DNA from: a virus
Strand: one strand, 5' to 3'
DNA: 64,000 bases
IMG/VR virus record: IMGVR_UViG_3300027896_000011
Coordinates: 103,998 to 167,997 of that record
Shown here: positions 8,128 through 16,981 of the stretch, one piece after another
Layout of the letters: every line of letters starts with the position of its first letter
Numbering within the stretch: the first letter of the stretch is position 1
Notes under the pieces: generated by a model
Database searches by the model: none
What the model saw: the letters and a program-made list of their open reading frames with translations, nothing else
What the model was told of the DNA's origin: nothing
Program-made: the position numbers and the translations under genes

Positions 8128-8658
8128 ATGGTGAGCAAAAAATTAGAACAACGTTTAACTGATTGTTGGCAGGCTGAGTATTGTTCTCTTCCATCATGGC
8201 TTTCAGAAGCTGAACGGCAACGCTTAGCTGACCGGGCAATGGAATTAGAACGACAAATGCTCACTACCAGATTCCATACACAAATAGGTCGTCCCTCTAG
8301 GATAGTGCAAAAAAGAAAGCATATCGTAGAGATTCCAAATAACTCAGTAGAACTAATAGCTCTAGCAAATACTAAAGCCGAATCTATATATGAGCATACA
8401 TACCCAAGATGGCGTGCATCAAGAATTAGACGCTTTGTATTTGTTGTTCTAACTAATGTTCCAGCGAAGTCAACTGATGCATCATATGTATGTGATGAGA
8501 AATTAGGTGTAACGCGTGCAGAAGAGATGATGGGACTAATTGATTTTCATAAAAACTTGACAAAGATGGCTAATCGAGAACCTGATAATTACACCTATGC
8601 AGTTGAGTTCGCAAAAACATTAGAAGCAAAATGGCTAGAAAAGGAGGGTGCAAAATGA
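8128..8658 (+). CDS. hypothetical protein
   Basis: 176-aa ORF. Confidence 0.65.
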   Translation: MVSKKLEQRLTDCWQAEYCSLPSWLSEAERQRLADRAMELERQMLTTRFHTQIGRPSRIVQKRKHIVEIPNNSVELIALANTKAESIYEHTYPRWRASRIRRFVFVVLTNVPAKSTDASYVCDEKLGVTRAEEMMGLIDFHKNLTKMANREPDNYTYAVEFAKTLEAKWLEKEGAK

Positions 8659-8855
8659 AGAGCTCGCTAAAAACATTTCTACGTGGGGAGAATCCATTAG
8701 ACGATAGTGGCTATTTTTGTAAACTAAAAGGCAGTCAACTATTGTCAGTAGTTTGTTGTGATGAGTTAACTGGTTGGTTTTTAGATAAAGATGGCAAGTA
8801 CTGGCTCATAGACGTATTAGATGACGGTACAGCCATCACGTACTGTGATACATAG
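8655..8855 (+). CDS. hypothetical protein
   Basis: ATGA overlap; RBS AAGGAGG. Confidence 0.55.
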   Translation: MKSSLKTFLRGENPLDDSGYFCKLKGSQLLSVVCCDELTGWFLDKDGKYWLIDVLDDGTAITYCDT

Positions 8856-8986
8856 TTTCTAGTTATCACAGTACGTATAAAGGCAGCCACATGGCTGCTT
8901 TTAGCCTTCTTATCTATTGCAAGTTTTAGCATTTAGCGGGGATAAGAATACCAGTATGAGGTGTAATTACCTGTGGAGGCAACAGA

Positions 8987-9292
8987 ATGAAGACACTAGC
9001 TGAAGATTTAGCATTAATCGCTCATAAAGCTAAAAATGAATTAAGGCCAAATGTAGAAGAAGAAACTAAATGGACGTTTAATAATCTAATGACAATCGCG
9101 TTATCCTCGGCAGAGTGTGGGTTAAGTAAGGTAGAGACATTGATTGTCTATCCTAAAACCATTACATCTGCTTTGGCTAAGAATGCCATCAATACGAATC
9201 TCATAGATATGTTGGATGAGAATGGTTTCAAGTACCCGTGCATTATTGAGCAGAATGGTGATACCAAAATTGTTTTTCACTTTGAGGAGTAG
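8987..9292 (+). CDS. hypothetical protein
   Basis: RBS GGAGG; GGGATAAG promoter upstream. Confidence 0.65.
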   Translation: MKTLAEDLALIAHKAKNELRPNVEEETKWTFNNLMTIALSSAECGLSKVETLIVYPKTITSALAKNAINTNLIDMLDENGFKYPCIIEQNGDTKIVFHFEE

Positions 9293-9294
9293 AC

Positions 9295-10680
9295 ATGAAG
9301 ATAGACAGTGTCAGATTTCAAGCATTTGCTACTAATAGTAGTTCTGTTCATACTCCTTTTATCCGGACTGATAAAAAGCCGGTAGATTATTTGTTAAGTG
9401 AGGGGTATGAGTTCGGTTGGCAACCATTCATAGCGGCTACTTCTGAAGCGAAGAAGATGTACGCAGCTATGATGTTACAAGAGAATACACGATATTTGGG
9501 TAAGGACATTCAGGAGGCAGTACTTAGGCAGTGGGTAGGACTTGTTCCAGGAGAAGATGATTATATAGACCACCACTCAGTAATAACCCTACCTCGTACA
9601 TTCAAAGGGGAACAAATATCTAAACAATACTTTATGGATTATTTTAAATGGCTTATGCGCCCAGAGATAGCTATTCAGGGGGGCAATGATGACGGTGATG
9701 GTTGTGAAGAGCTTCCTGGGAAACCAGTAGATTTTCGTATTCCAAAATCTGGTTATTTTAATTGCCGGAAAGATGCAAAAGGGTTTTATACTTTATTCAA
9801 TCCGGAAGATGGAACTAAGATACGTATGTCTTTTGATGACAATGTAGATATGAGTAAGTCTACTAATCCGGAACTAGTAGATCTTAAGATCACCGATAGA
9901 TGTCCAAACGGCTGTTCCTATTGCTACCAGAATAGTAAGCCAAATGGTGAACATGCTGCTCGTGATTTGGTGACTACTATATTAGATGTATTAGCTAAGC
10001 TGGAAGTATTTGAAGTGGCATTCGGTGGCGGAGAACCAACAGAACATCCAGACTTTTGGCAGTTTGTTGTCCATGCCCATCGGTTAGGCATCAAACCTAA
10101 TTTTAGTACCCGTAATTTACGATGGCTAGATAATGCATGGAACTTACAGACGTTTAAAAAATGTTGTGGAGCTTTTGCATACTCTGTCGACTCTGTTGGG
10201 GGCGTTCGTACACTCATTAGGGCCATGCATAAATACGAGCTGGAGGATATGGTAACCGTTCAATATATTCCTGAAACAGAAGATGCTGAAATGCTAAAAG
10301 ATGTTATCATCGCTGCTACTGATTACGGCATACCGATTACTTTATTAGGTTTGAAGACAACAGGTCGTGGAAAACTATATACAGCATGTCGTAGTAGTCG
10401 CGCTGGGGTTACAGACGATGATGTAATAGCCGCAGTTAAAGACCATTGGAACATCGGCATAGACACCGCCTTCGCCAATAAATACCAAAAAGCAATTGAA
10501 GAATTAGGTGCAAGCCATTGGAGTTATAATATAAAAGAAGGCGCTCACTCCATGTATATTGATGCGGTCGCAGAACTCACAGGAAAATCTTCGTATTGCG
10601 AAGACCCTTGCCCATTAATAGTATATAACACCATCGAAAACACAGCAAAGCTCATTACTGAAGCTTTTAAAGGTTACTAA
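9295..10680 (+). CDS. radical SAM protein with an N-terminal TNSSS-type phage domain
   Basis: CPNGCSYC (CxxxCxxC), GGGEPTEHP, and FATNSSS at the N-terminus. Confidence 0.85.
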   Translation: MKIDSVRFQAFATNSSSVHTPFIRTDKKPVDYLLSEGYEFGWQPFIAATSEAKKMYAAMMLQENTRYLGKDIQEAVLRQWVGLVPGEDDYIDHHSVITLPRTFKGEQISKQYFMDYFKWLMRPEIAIQGGNDDGDGCEELPGKPVDFRIPKSGYFNCRKDAKGFYTLFNPEDGTKIRMSFDDNVDMSKSTNPELVDLKITDRCPNGCSYCYQNSKPNGEHAARDLVTTILDVLAKLEVFEVAFGGGEPTEHPDFWQFVVHAHRLGIKPNFSTRNLRWLDNAWNLQTFKKCCGAFAYSVDSVGGVRTLIRAMHKYELEDMVTVQYIPETEDAEMLKDVIIAATDYGIPITLLGLKTTGRGKLYTACRSSRAGVTDDDVIAAVKDHWNIGIDTAFANKYQKAIEELGASHWSYNIKEGAHSMYIDAVAELTGKSSYCEDPCPLIVYNTIENTAKLITEAFKGY

Positions 10681-11015
10681 TGGAACAACATATTCTATCT
10701 AAAGTCGTTGATTGCATACTTTGGTGGAGTCAACGTAGAAACAGATTCCCTACCCTTACAGAAGCGTTAAAAGAGTTCGATATTGCCTTTAATAAAGAAC
10801 ATCTAGAACTTGTATGTGGTTGGTGGAATATAGCGCAAGAAGTATACATAGATCACTTTAAGCCAAATACCAATCGTAAGGTGTCTACAAAAGATGATAC
10901 CTCTATCGCTAGACTTATGGCTTCTTTGATCTACTCTGAGTATGAAGGAGAACCGGGTGATATTAAAAAGGGTAAATGTATTAAAAAGGGTATTATGTTT
11001 CCTACTTGGACATAG
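10680..11015 (+). CDS. hypothetical protein
   Basis: Coupled ORF. Confidence 0.55.
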   Translation: MEQHILSKVVDCILWWSQRRNRFPTLTEALKEFDIAFNKEHLELVCGWWNIAQEVYIDHFKPNTNRKVSTKDDTSIARLMASLIYSEYEGEPGDIKKGKCIKKGIMFPTWT

Positions 11016-11110
11016 GTTTGTCTTAGTGTGGTATAATACTTCTATAGTAGAGCTACATTGTAGTAGATGTAGGCAGACATTACCTACAGGCACCATAATA
11101 GGAGCCACTC

Positions 11111-11575
11111 ATGAAAGCATTGACCAGAAAATGTCTATGTGGTGCAGAAATAAGTAACTGGAGAGCTTGCCCTATCCGTGACTGCGGAGCTGAGGCCGTT
11201 TGGTGCCAAGAGTGCGGAGGAGATGAGAAAGCCTCTACAATCATGCGCCAGCACATCTACGCATTACATACGGACACTATAGTGTCTAAGAAAGCTCTAA
11301 TAGCCTTCAGGTCTAAATTATTGATGCGGTATTACAGAGACCTTCCAGACGGTTTCGATACAGGGTACATGGTAGGGTATACTTTTATGCGCAACCCGGA
11401 GTTCATAGGAACCCCAGTTGCTTTACGAGGAGAGATATTGCCCGATACTGAAATAACACAAATATTTAGATGGGTGTTAGTAGAGAAGGGTAGTAATTGG
11501 GAAGGGTACTATGCATTAAGGGCAGATGAGTCTGGCGGAAATCTACCGGTCATACCTGTGGAGCTAAAACTGTGA
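11111..11575 (+). CDS. hypothetical protein with Cys-rich N-terminus
   Basis: RBS GGAG; CxC/CxxC motifs. Confidence 0.6.
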   Translation: MKALTRKCLCGAEISNWRACPIRDCGAEAVWCQECGGDEKASTIMRQHIYALHTDTIVSKKALIAFRSKLLMRYYRDLPDGFDTGYMVGYTFMRNPEFIGTPVALRGEILPDTEITQIFRWVLVEKGSNWEGYYALRADESGGNLPVIPVELKL

Positions 11576-11817
11576 AGTATTGCCGTTCATGCTCATCTGG
11601 AGTAGTACCTGGAACTAGATTGACATTTGATCTGAAGTGCCCAGGCTGTCAGAAAAAGAAAGCTGCAGGTAAAAGAACAGGTCTCGAGCCTATGTCTTTT
11701 AAATTTGGACAAAAGGTTAGATTACCCCCAGACCAATTTGCAGCAAAATGTGCTCGGTTGAAAAAAGTAACAGATAATAAACGTAAAAGATTGATAATGA
11801 ATTATGAGATTAAATGA
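11572..11817 (+). CDS. Zn-finger protein, paralog of the 6361 N-terminus
   Basis: FDLKCPGC.KKK..G.RTG.EP shared motif. Confidence 0.6.
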   Translation: MKYCRSCSSGVVPGTRLTFDLKCPGCQKKKAAGKRTGLEPMSFKFGQKVRLPPDQFAAKCARLKKVTDNKRKRLIMNYEIK

Positions 11818-11941
11818 GGTAGTACACGTTGATTGATTTCTTTGATGAACATCCGTATGTGGGATTGATGGCCATCTTAGTGATGGCCATTTTCTTTATA
11901 GCTGTAGGAGCGTATCTAGACCCCCTAATTGGAGGAAACTG

Positions 11942-12136
11942 ATGTTTACAATTTCAAATGATGAGTTAGCTAAAGCAGAACCAATGAAGGCCGGAGATAA
12001 GATCAAGTGTAAGTGTGGAAAGAAACATGTTATACGTGGGTCTAAAGGGACGGGGGTAATCCTCTACTACAAATGTGGTAAAGACTGTTTCATGGCCGGA
12101 CTAGATGGTAAATCTATATTGGCAGTCAAAACATGA
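11942..12136 (+). CDS. hypothetical protein
   Basis: RBS GGAGG. Confidence 0.6.
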   Translation: MFTISNDELAKAEPMKAGDKIKCKCGKKHVIRGSKGTGVILYYKCGKDCFMAGLDGKSILAVKT

Positions 12137-12240
12137 TTGAGTATTTAATAGCTTTTGGTATTGGGGTGTATATTGGTGTTGGGGTATATGCTGGTGTCAG
12201 TATTGTTTCATGGGCAATACACAGAAAGGATAAGTATTAA

Positions 12241-12522
12241 ATGAAGCCGAGTGAGTTTATATTTAATGATCTGCGTATACCAGAACGTTATTGTGGCGTT
12301 ATCGAAAGATACATCACAGAGCACATGTACCCTGGCTCCTTTTTCAAGGCTGTTCTTTGTAATGATTTAAAGGAGGCGTGTAGTTCGGCAGATGATATAA
12401 ATATTAAATTACTGCCTGTGTATGTTGCCTATTTATACAACTATGCTCCTGCTGGTTGTTGGGGATGCCCGGAGAAATTTGAAGAGTGGCTTGCACAAGG
12501 AAAAGAACAGACAGATGACTAA
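12241..12522 (+). CDS. conserved phage hypothetical protein
   Basis: PGSF..AVL.NDL..A...AD...P..CWG pattern. Confidence 0.7.
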   Translation: MKPSEFIFNDLRIPERYCGVIERYITEHMYPGSFFKAVLCNDLKEACSSADDINIKLLPVYVAYLYNYAPAGCWGCPEKFEEWLAQGKEQTDD

Positions 12523-12868
12523 AGTAAAAAAACAACCATGTATTTCTTGCGGTAAATTAGTAGCAGAACAGACAGTACTAGGGCACAGTCCCTCTTGTTC
12601 TTTATTAAGACAATGGATAGGACCACGAAAGGTAATAGCTACTACTGTGTACAATCTACGTACTGATACAGAATCGGTATATATGCTTCCGGCGAAGAAG
12701 GCAGTTATCTATGCGTACGCACAGAGTAAAGGCGATTGGGCTGTAACCGGATATATGAAGAAGTACGGCAAGGAGATTAAGTGTGGGCCTACTAAGGCAC
12801 ATGCTTGGCTTAAGACATGGTTCCTTGGAGACTTTGCGGCAGTGGAAAAGGTGAAAGGGAAGAAATGA
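12515..12868 (+). CDS. hypothetical protein
   Basis: Coupled ORF. Confidence 0.6.
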   Translation: MTKVKKQPCISCGKLVAEQTVLGHSPSCSLLRQWIGPRKVIATTVYNLRTDTESVYMLPAKKAVIYAYAQSKGDWAVTGYMKKYGKEIKCGPTKAHAWLKTWFLGDFAAVEKVKGKK

Positions 12869-13149
12869 AACAGGAACAGCTCTTCTCTCGATGTTCTAAG
12901 TGTGAGCAAGAAATTCCATATAATAATTACTCAACTACTCATGTTGTTGATCTACATAGGTGTACGTGGTGTGGTCCTTGTTCTCTTTATTATGAACTGA
13001 GTAATAAGGTACATAGAACTCAGTTTGCTAAGTTTATAGATAGAATGAATGCTAGTGGTTTTATGAAATCTGGAGAACATCCAGTAGATACAGCTTTACG
13101 TCTTATATATGATTTAGCATACTATAAAGCTAAAAAAGAAAGACTGTGA
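12865..13149 (+). CDS. hypothetical Zn-finger protein
   Basis: ATGA overlap; CSKC/CGPC. Confidence 0.55.
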   Translation: MKQEQLFSRCSKCEQEIPYNNYSTTHVVDLHRCTWCGPCSLYYELSNKVHRTQFAKFIDRMNASGFMKSGEHPVDTALRLIYDLAYYKAKKERL

Positions 13150-13153
13150 AGGC

Positions 13154-13378
13154 ATGAATTTTGAAGATGCATTAAAAGCAATAAAAAGCGGTAAGAGGGT
13201 TACTAGAGCTACGTGGGAACACAGAGCAGTATTGATACGCCTCTTTATTTTTGAAGAACCATACGCAGCAAACCCACCGGATGTAGTGATAGAGTACGCG
13301 CAAAAAGATGGGCTAGTTGTTCCATGGAGACCTGATCGTGGTGACTTGTTAGCAGAGGACTGGGAATTTGTCTCGTAA
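13154..13378 (+). CDS. DUF2829 / Tad2-like anti-defence protein
   Basis: MNFEDAL.A.K.GKRV.R..W ... VPW.P...DLLAEDW signature. Confidence 0.8.
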   Translation: MNFEDALKAIKSGKRVTRATWEHRAVLIRLFIFEEPYAANPPDVVIEYAQKDGLVVPWRPDRGDLLAEDWEFVS

Positions 13379-13556
13379 CAGAAAGGTAAGCAGTGTTCAA
13401 TTTTCTTCGAAGGCTCGGACCAACAGGCGTATGGGGAGTGGTAGTTGATACTTTCATAGTTGCCTTCATAGTAATTTGCGTCGGGGTTACCCTTCATATC
13501 TGTTATAAGATGGGAGGCATTAAGTGGGACAGCCGAACAAACTTCGGTACCCATAA

Positions 13557-13793
13557 ATGATGTGCCGGAAGCCACAAGTAGGTGCCTGTTCTGTTTGTGG
13601 TAGAGCAGTGCCCAGATACTCCAGCCCAATAGCTAATGGCTGGGTAGATGGGCACCTCTACATCGACGGAGTATTAGAAAAGGTACTGTGCTTTCAGCAT
13701 GAGGTAGAGGATGCATCTAACCCTATACACGGCTGGGACACTCAGTCTATAGGCTGCAGCAGACATATCAGCAAAACCAAAAGAATGAACTAA
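13557..13793 (+). CDS. hypothetical protein
   Basis: ORF with CSVCG. Confidence 0.45.
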   Translation: MMCRKPQVGACSVCGRAVPRYSSPIANGWVDGHLYIDGVLEKVLCFQHEVEDASNPIHGWDTQSIGCSRHISKTKRMN

Positions 13794-14066
13794 TGTAACG
13801 CTACGCAATAACTGATGAAATAAGGGCTGACATCTGGGTATAAGGAAGGTGCTGAGAATTATTCTTGACACCTTCCTTATCCCGGAGCAGTATGGAATCT
13901 ATGATCAGCAGGCAACATATGACTAGCGGCTTAACCCAACAGGGTTGGGCCAAGGCATATGCACGTTCAAACTCTATTTGCCCCTTGTTTCCAACAAATC
14001 CGGAGAGACTAGGGGAAGGCAAAGAGGGTGGCTGAGGAAGAACTAGAAGTAGAAAGAGTTCAACCA

Positions 14067-14092
14067 AGGCCACCTCCAGAGGTGGCTTTTTT
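14067..14092 (+). terminator. terminator of an attenuator-like leader before the tRNA cluster
   Basis: aggccacctc-ca-gaggtggctt followed by a T-run. Confidence 0.75.
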
Positions 14093-14272
14093 AGTTTCGG
14101 AGGTAAGATGGCTAAAAAGAAAAATGAGCAATTGACTAAGGTAGCTGAGGCTATCGTAGAAGCCATTAAGTACGGGCTTACGGGCGAGTCAATAACGAGT
14201 AAACTAATAAAGGAAGTGCCGGGGAAGAAACCATGAAACAAGATGATCATTATAAACGCTCGACGAACCTAT

Positions 14273-14353
14273 CCGCTAGAACAGATATGGTATCGACGGG
14301 CGCTGTAAACGCCTTGCCTTCGGGCACAGGGGGTTCGATTCCCTCCTAGCGGA
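14273..14353 (+). tRNA. tRNA-Tyr(GTA)
   Basis: ccgctag/ctagcgg acceptor; loop ctGTAaa; long variable arm. Confidence 0.85.
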
Positions 14354-14357
14354 CTAT

Positions 14358-14429
14358 GCTGCTCTAACTCAATGGAAGAGGGCCGTCCCTTTAAGTCGGT
14401 GGTTGTGGGTTCGACTCCCACGGGCAGTA
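14358..14429 (+). tRNA. tRNA-Lys(TTT), C33
   Basis: Cloverleaf; loop ccTTTaa. Confidence 0.75.
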
Positions 14430-14460
14430 CAAAAAGATTGACCTGAACTGAAAGGAGAAA

Positions 14461-14835
14461 ATGTCGTATAAAGACCCAGAACATCAACGAGCGTATGCAA
14501 GAAGATGGGTAGCTGATAGGCGTAATGAGTGGTTTAGTAATAAGTGTTGCGTACATTGCGGTTCTAAAGAGTCTTTACAACTAGACCACATTGACCCGTC
14601 ACAAAAAGTAAGTCATAAAATATGGTCTTGGTCCCTTGGGCGAAGAGAAGTAGAGATTGCTAAGTGTCAGGTTTTATGCGAAAGGTGCCATAAGATAAAA
14701 ACACTAGAAGCCCACGTAGCAAAAAGAAAGCACGGAACCATGACTATGCGGAACAATGGCTGTCATTGCGATGAGTGCCGAAGATTTTGGACAGAGTATA
14801 TGAGAGAGTATAGAAGTAAGAGTCGTAAGCTTTGA
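14461..14835 (+). CDS. HNH endonuclease
   Basis: CVHCG..LQLDHIDP...CQVLCERCHKIKT. Confidence 0.85.
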   Translation: MSYKDPEHQRAYARRWVADRRNEWFSNKCCVHCGSKESLQLDHIDPSQKVSHKIWSWSLGRREVEIAKCQVLCERCHKIKTLEAHVAKRKHGTMTMRNNGCHCDECRRFWTEYMREYRSKSRKL

Positions 14836-14891
14836 CGGTGAAGCACAGGTCTCTTAAACCTGCTAACTAGCTTCGAGTGCTAGACGGCTCA
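14820..14891 (+). tRNA. tRNA-Lys(CTT)
   Basis: caggt-ctCTTaa-acctg; gagtcgt/acggctc. Confidence 0.8.
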
Positions 14892-14969
14892 CGAACGAAG
14901 GTCGCTCCTTCGGTTATGTGAAAAGAGAATAGTAAACAATGCGGCGGGTGAAACCACACCCGTCTTTAT

Positions 14970-15042
14970 GCCCCGAAAGCTCTCATGGGATGAGCGCTGC
15001 CCTGAAGAGGTAGAGGGTCCAGATCGTTACTGGAGCGGGGCA
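14970..15042 (+). tRNA. tRNA-Phe(GAA), atypical T-loop
   Basis: ctgcc-ctGAAga-ggtag. Confidence 0.7.
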
Positions 15043-15044
15043 CA

Positions 15045-15211
15045 ACAGAACACCTCCATAAGAACTTAGCAGATGGAAAGTTGACCATCTTTGACGCCCT
15101 GAATTAACAGGAGACGAAAACAGGAACCTAGGCCCTGTAAACTCGTCAAGGCAGCGTGTACACGACTGCAAAGGTAGGCTAACGCTGGAGATATGCCAGT
15201 AGGTGTTCTGT
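15045..15211 (+). ncRNA. unidentified structured RNA
   Basis: 11-bp closing stem acagaacacct/aggtgttctgt enclosing several hairpins. Confidence 0.55.
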
Positions 15212-15375
15212 ATTATCTCTTAGATCACTGCCCGTTGTTGAAAGACATCGATGGTCTATTGCCGGTATGGGAAAGTGGGCTAGTTAACTTCCCGGCACGG
15301 AATGGCTCTCTGTAGGTGACCTAAAGCAAGGGACTGTGAGCCAAGCTTGACACCCCGGAGAGACGGGGGAATTAT

Positions 15376-15447
15376 TGGGGATTAGCACAGTGGTTTAGTG
15401 TAGCGGTCTCTGACACCGTTGACCAAGGTTCGACTCCTTGATCCCAG
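15376..15447 (+). tRNA. tRNA-Gln(CTG)
   Basis: gcggt-ctCTGac-accgt; canonical T arm. Confidence 0.8.
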
Positions 15448-15451
15448 TTAT

Positions 15452-15524
15452 TCCGGTGTGACCTAACGGGATAAGGTATAAGACTTTGACTCTTGGAATA
15501 TTGGTTCAACTCCAGTCACCGGAA
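15452..15524 (+). tRNA. tRNA-Gln(TTG)
   Basis: taaga-ctTTGac-tcttg; tccggtg/caccgga. Confidence 0.85.
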
Positions 15525-15539
15525 CTAGAAAAAGATTAT

Positions 15540-15625
15540 GCAGGGCTGTAGCATGATGCTACTAGTAGGGTGCTCCGTGCACGGGGTCCTATGGTCTCAC
15601 AAGGTAAGAGTCCTTGGCACCTGCA
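15540..15625 (+). ncRNA. tRNA-like RNA with an extended central arm
   Basis: Acceptor-, D- and T-like arms present, but no 7-nt anticodon loop. Confidence 0.45.
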
Positions 15626-15724
15626 CCTTTATATTTCGACACCTTATTTTGTACTCCTTGTTCAAAATAGGCATAAGGTCAGGTTGGTCCCTTTTCCTGA
15701 GTCGATAAAGAAGGGACATCTATT

Positions 15725-15797
15725 GGAGCTGTAGTTTAATCAGTAAAACATTCGCTTGATAAGCGGAAGACAGTTGGGGCAGAGCCAATCAGCTCTA
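15725..15797 (+). tRNA. tRNA-Ile(GAT)
   Basis: ttcgc-ttGATaa-gcgga; atypical T-loop ggcagag. Confidence 0.8.
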
Positions 15798-15807
15798 CTA
15801 AGTTTAT

Positions 15808-15881
15808 GGTGGTTATGGTGTAGCGGCTCTGCACGCCTGTCTGTGAAACAGGAGGTTCGAGATCAACACTCGATAATCACC
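15808..15881 (+). tRNA. tRNA-His(GTG)
   Basis: cctgt-ctGTGaa-acagg; G-1/C73. Confidence 0.85.
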
Positions 15882-15885
15882 CAAG

Positions 15886-16518
15886 ATGAGGAATAAAATT
15901 CCAATATACGTTTATTACCACATAGCGCAGATGAATAACTGGCGGGAGATATATCAAGAACAGGTTGTCTTTTTATTGAACTCGGGGCTGTATGATCTTG
16001 TAGATGAGATTTGTATAGGTGTGCTAGGCAGTGATGCCTTACCGATTCTTCCGCCCATGTTCAAGATGCTTTTTCAACATAGTGACGTGACTTTGGCAGA
16101 GATTCCAACTTTAGAGTCATTACGAGAAAGAGCAATGGTGGAAGACTTTAATGTTTTGTACTTCCATACGAAAGGAGTATCACACCCTGATACTGACTAT
16201 GATTTCATGCGGAAGTGGCGGAAGTACATGGAGGGGTATTGCATTGGAAAGTGGAAAGAGTGTATTACGCATCTTAAAAGGTTTGATACTGTAGGGTGTG
16301 AGTATCATGCAGCCCCGTTTAAGCATTTCAGTGGTAATTTCTGGTGGAGTAAAGCTTCTTACCTTCGTACGCTTCCAAGATTGAAAGATGTACCTCTACA
16401 TGGGTTTGCTGAATCCCGGATGAAAGCAGAGATATGGGTCGGCACTAATCCAAGGGTGAAGATAAAGTGTTTGAGTACGGTTAACGACAGGTCTTTTCCA
16501 CTAGAAACTGGAGAATAA
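15886..16518 (+). CDS. putative glycosyltransferase-like viral protein
   Basis: YFHTKG and HFSGNFWW motifs. Confidence 0.6.
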   Translation: MRNKIPIYVYYHIAQMNNWREIYQEQVVFLLNSGLYDLVDEICIGVLGSDALPILPPMFKMLFQHSDVTLAEIPTLESLRERAMVEDFNVLYFHTKGVSHPDTDYDFMRKWRKYMEGYCIGKWKECITHLKRFDTVGCEYHAAPFKHFSGNFWWSKASYLRTLPRLKDVPLHGFAESRMKAEIWVGTNPRVKIKCLSTVNDRSFPLETGE

Positions 16519-16523
16519 ATAGA

Positions 16524-16656
16524 ATGCTGTAATAACTTCAAGTGACTAAAAGCAAATAGGTGGATACCACGTGTACTTCTGTCATGCGAGTATACGTCCT
16601 TTCGGTCATCAGCCTTGAGTTGCCTATTTTCTCTGGGGGCTGGAAGATTACAGCAT
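16524..16656 (+). ncRNA. long hairpin RNA with an internal bubble
   Basis: atgctgtaat/attacagcat outer stem; aaatagg/cctattt inner stem. Confidence 0.5.
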
Positions 16657-16684
16657 CCTATTTATTCTCCGGAAAATATAATAA

Positions 16685-16756
16685 CTGGGTGTAGGGTAAT
16701 GGTTACCCACTTGCCCTGGGAGCAAGTCTATGCAGGTTCAACTCCTGTCGCCCAGA
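16685..16756 (+). tRNA. tRNA-Pro(TGG), C33
   Basis: cttgc-ccTGGga-gcaag. Confidence 0.8.
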
Positions 16757-16766
16757 CTAATACAAG

Positions 16767-16838
16767 GGGGACGTAGTGATAACGATAGCACTCCACGTTT
16801 GCACCGTGGAAGTCGGAGTTTGATTCTCCGCGTCTCCA
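16767..16838 (+). tRNA. tRNA-Ala(TGC)
   Basis: ccacg-ttTGCac-cgtgg; G3:U70. Confidence 0.9.
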
Positions 16839-16841
16839 CTT

Positions 16842-16936
16842 AGATTGCTCGTGAGCTCACCTGGAGGAAGTCCAATTCCTTTACCAGGTATGCGGTCAGC
16901 CGGTGTAAATTGGACTCAGGCTGGTACAAGCAATCT
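16842..16936 (+). ncRNA. three-way-junction RNA with complementary loops
   Basis: agattgct/agcaatct closing stem; loops agtccaat and attggact. Confidence 0.55.
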
Positions 16937-16981
16937 TTATTTAACGCCGGAAACAAAAGAAGAACAAAGAAAGGTAGGCTA

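Noticed and set aside
14358-14429. Ochre suppressor reading (TTA)
   Set aside because: That register destroys the anticodon stem; TTT with C33 fits.
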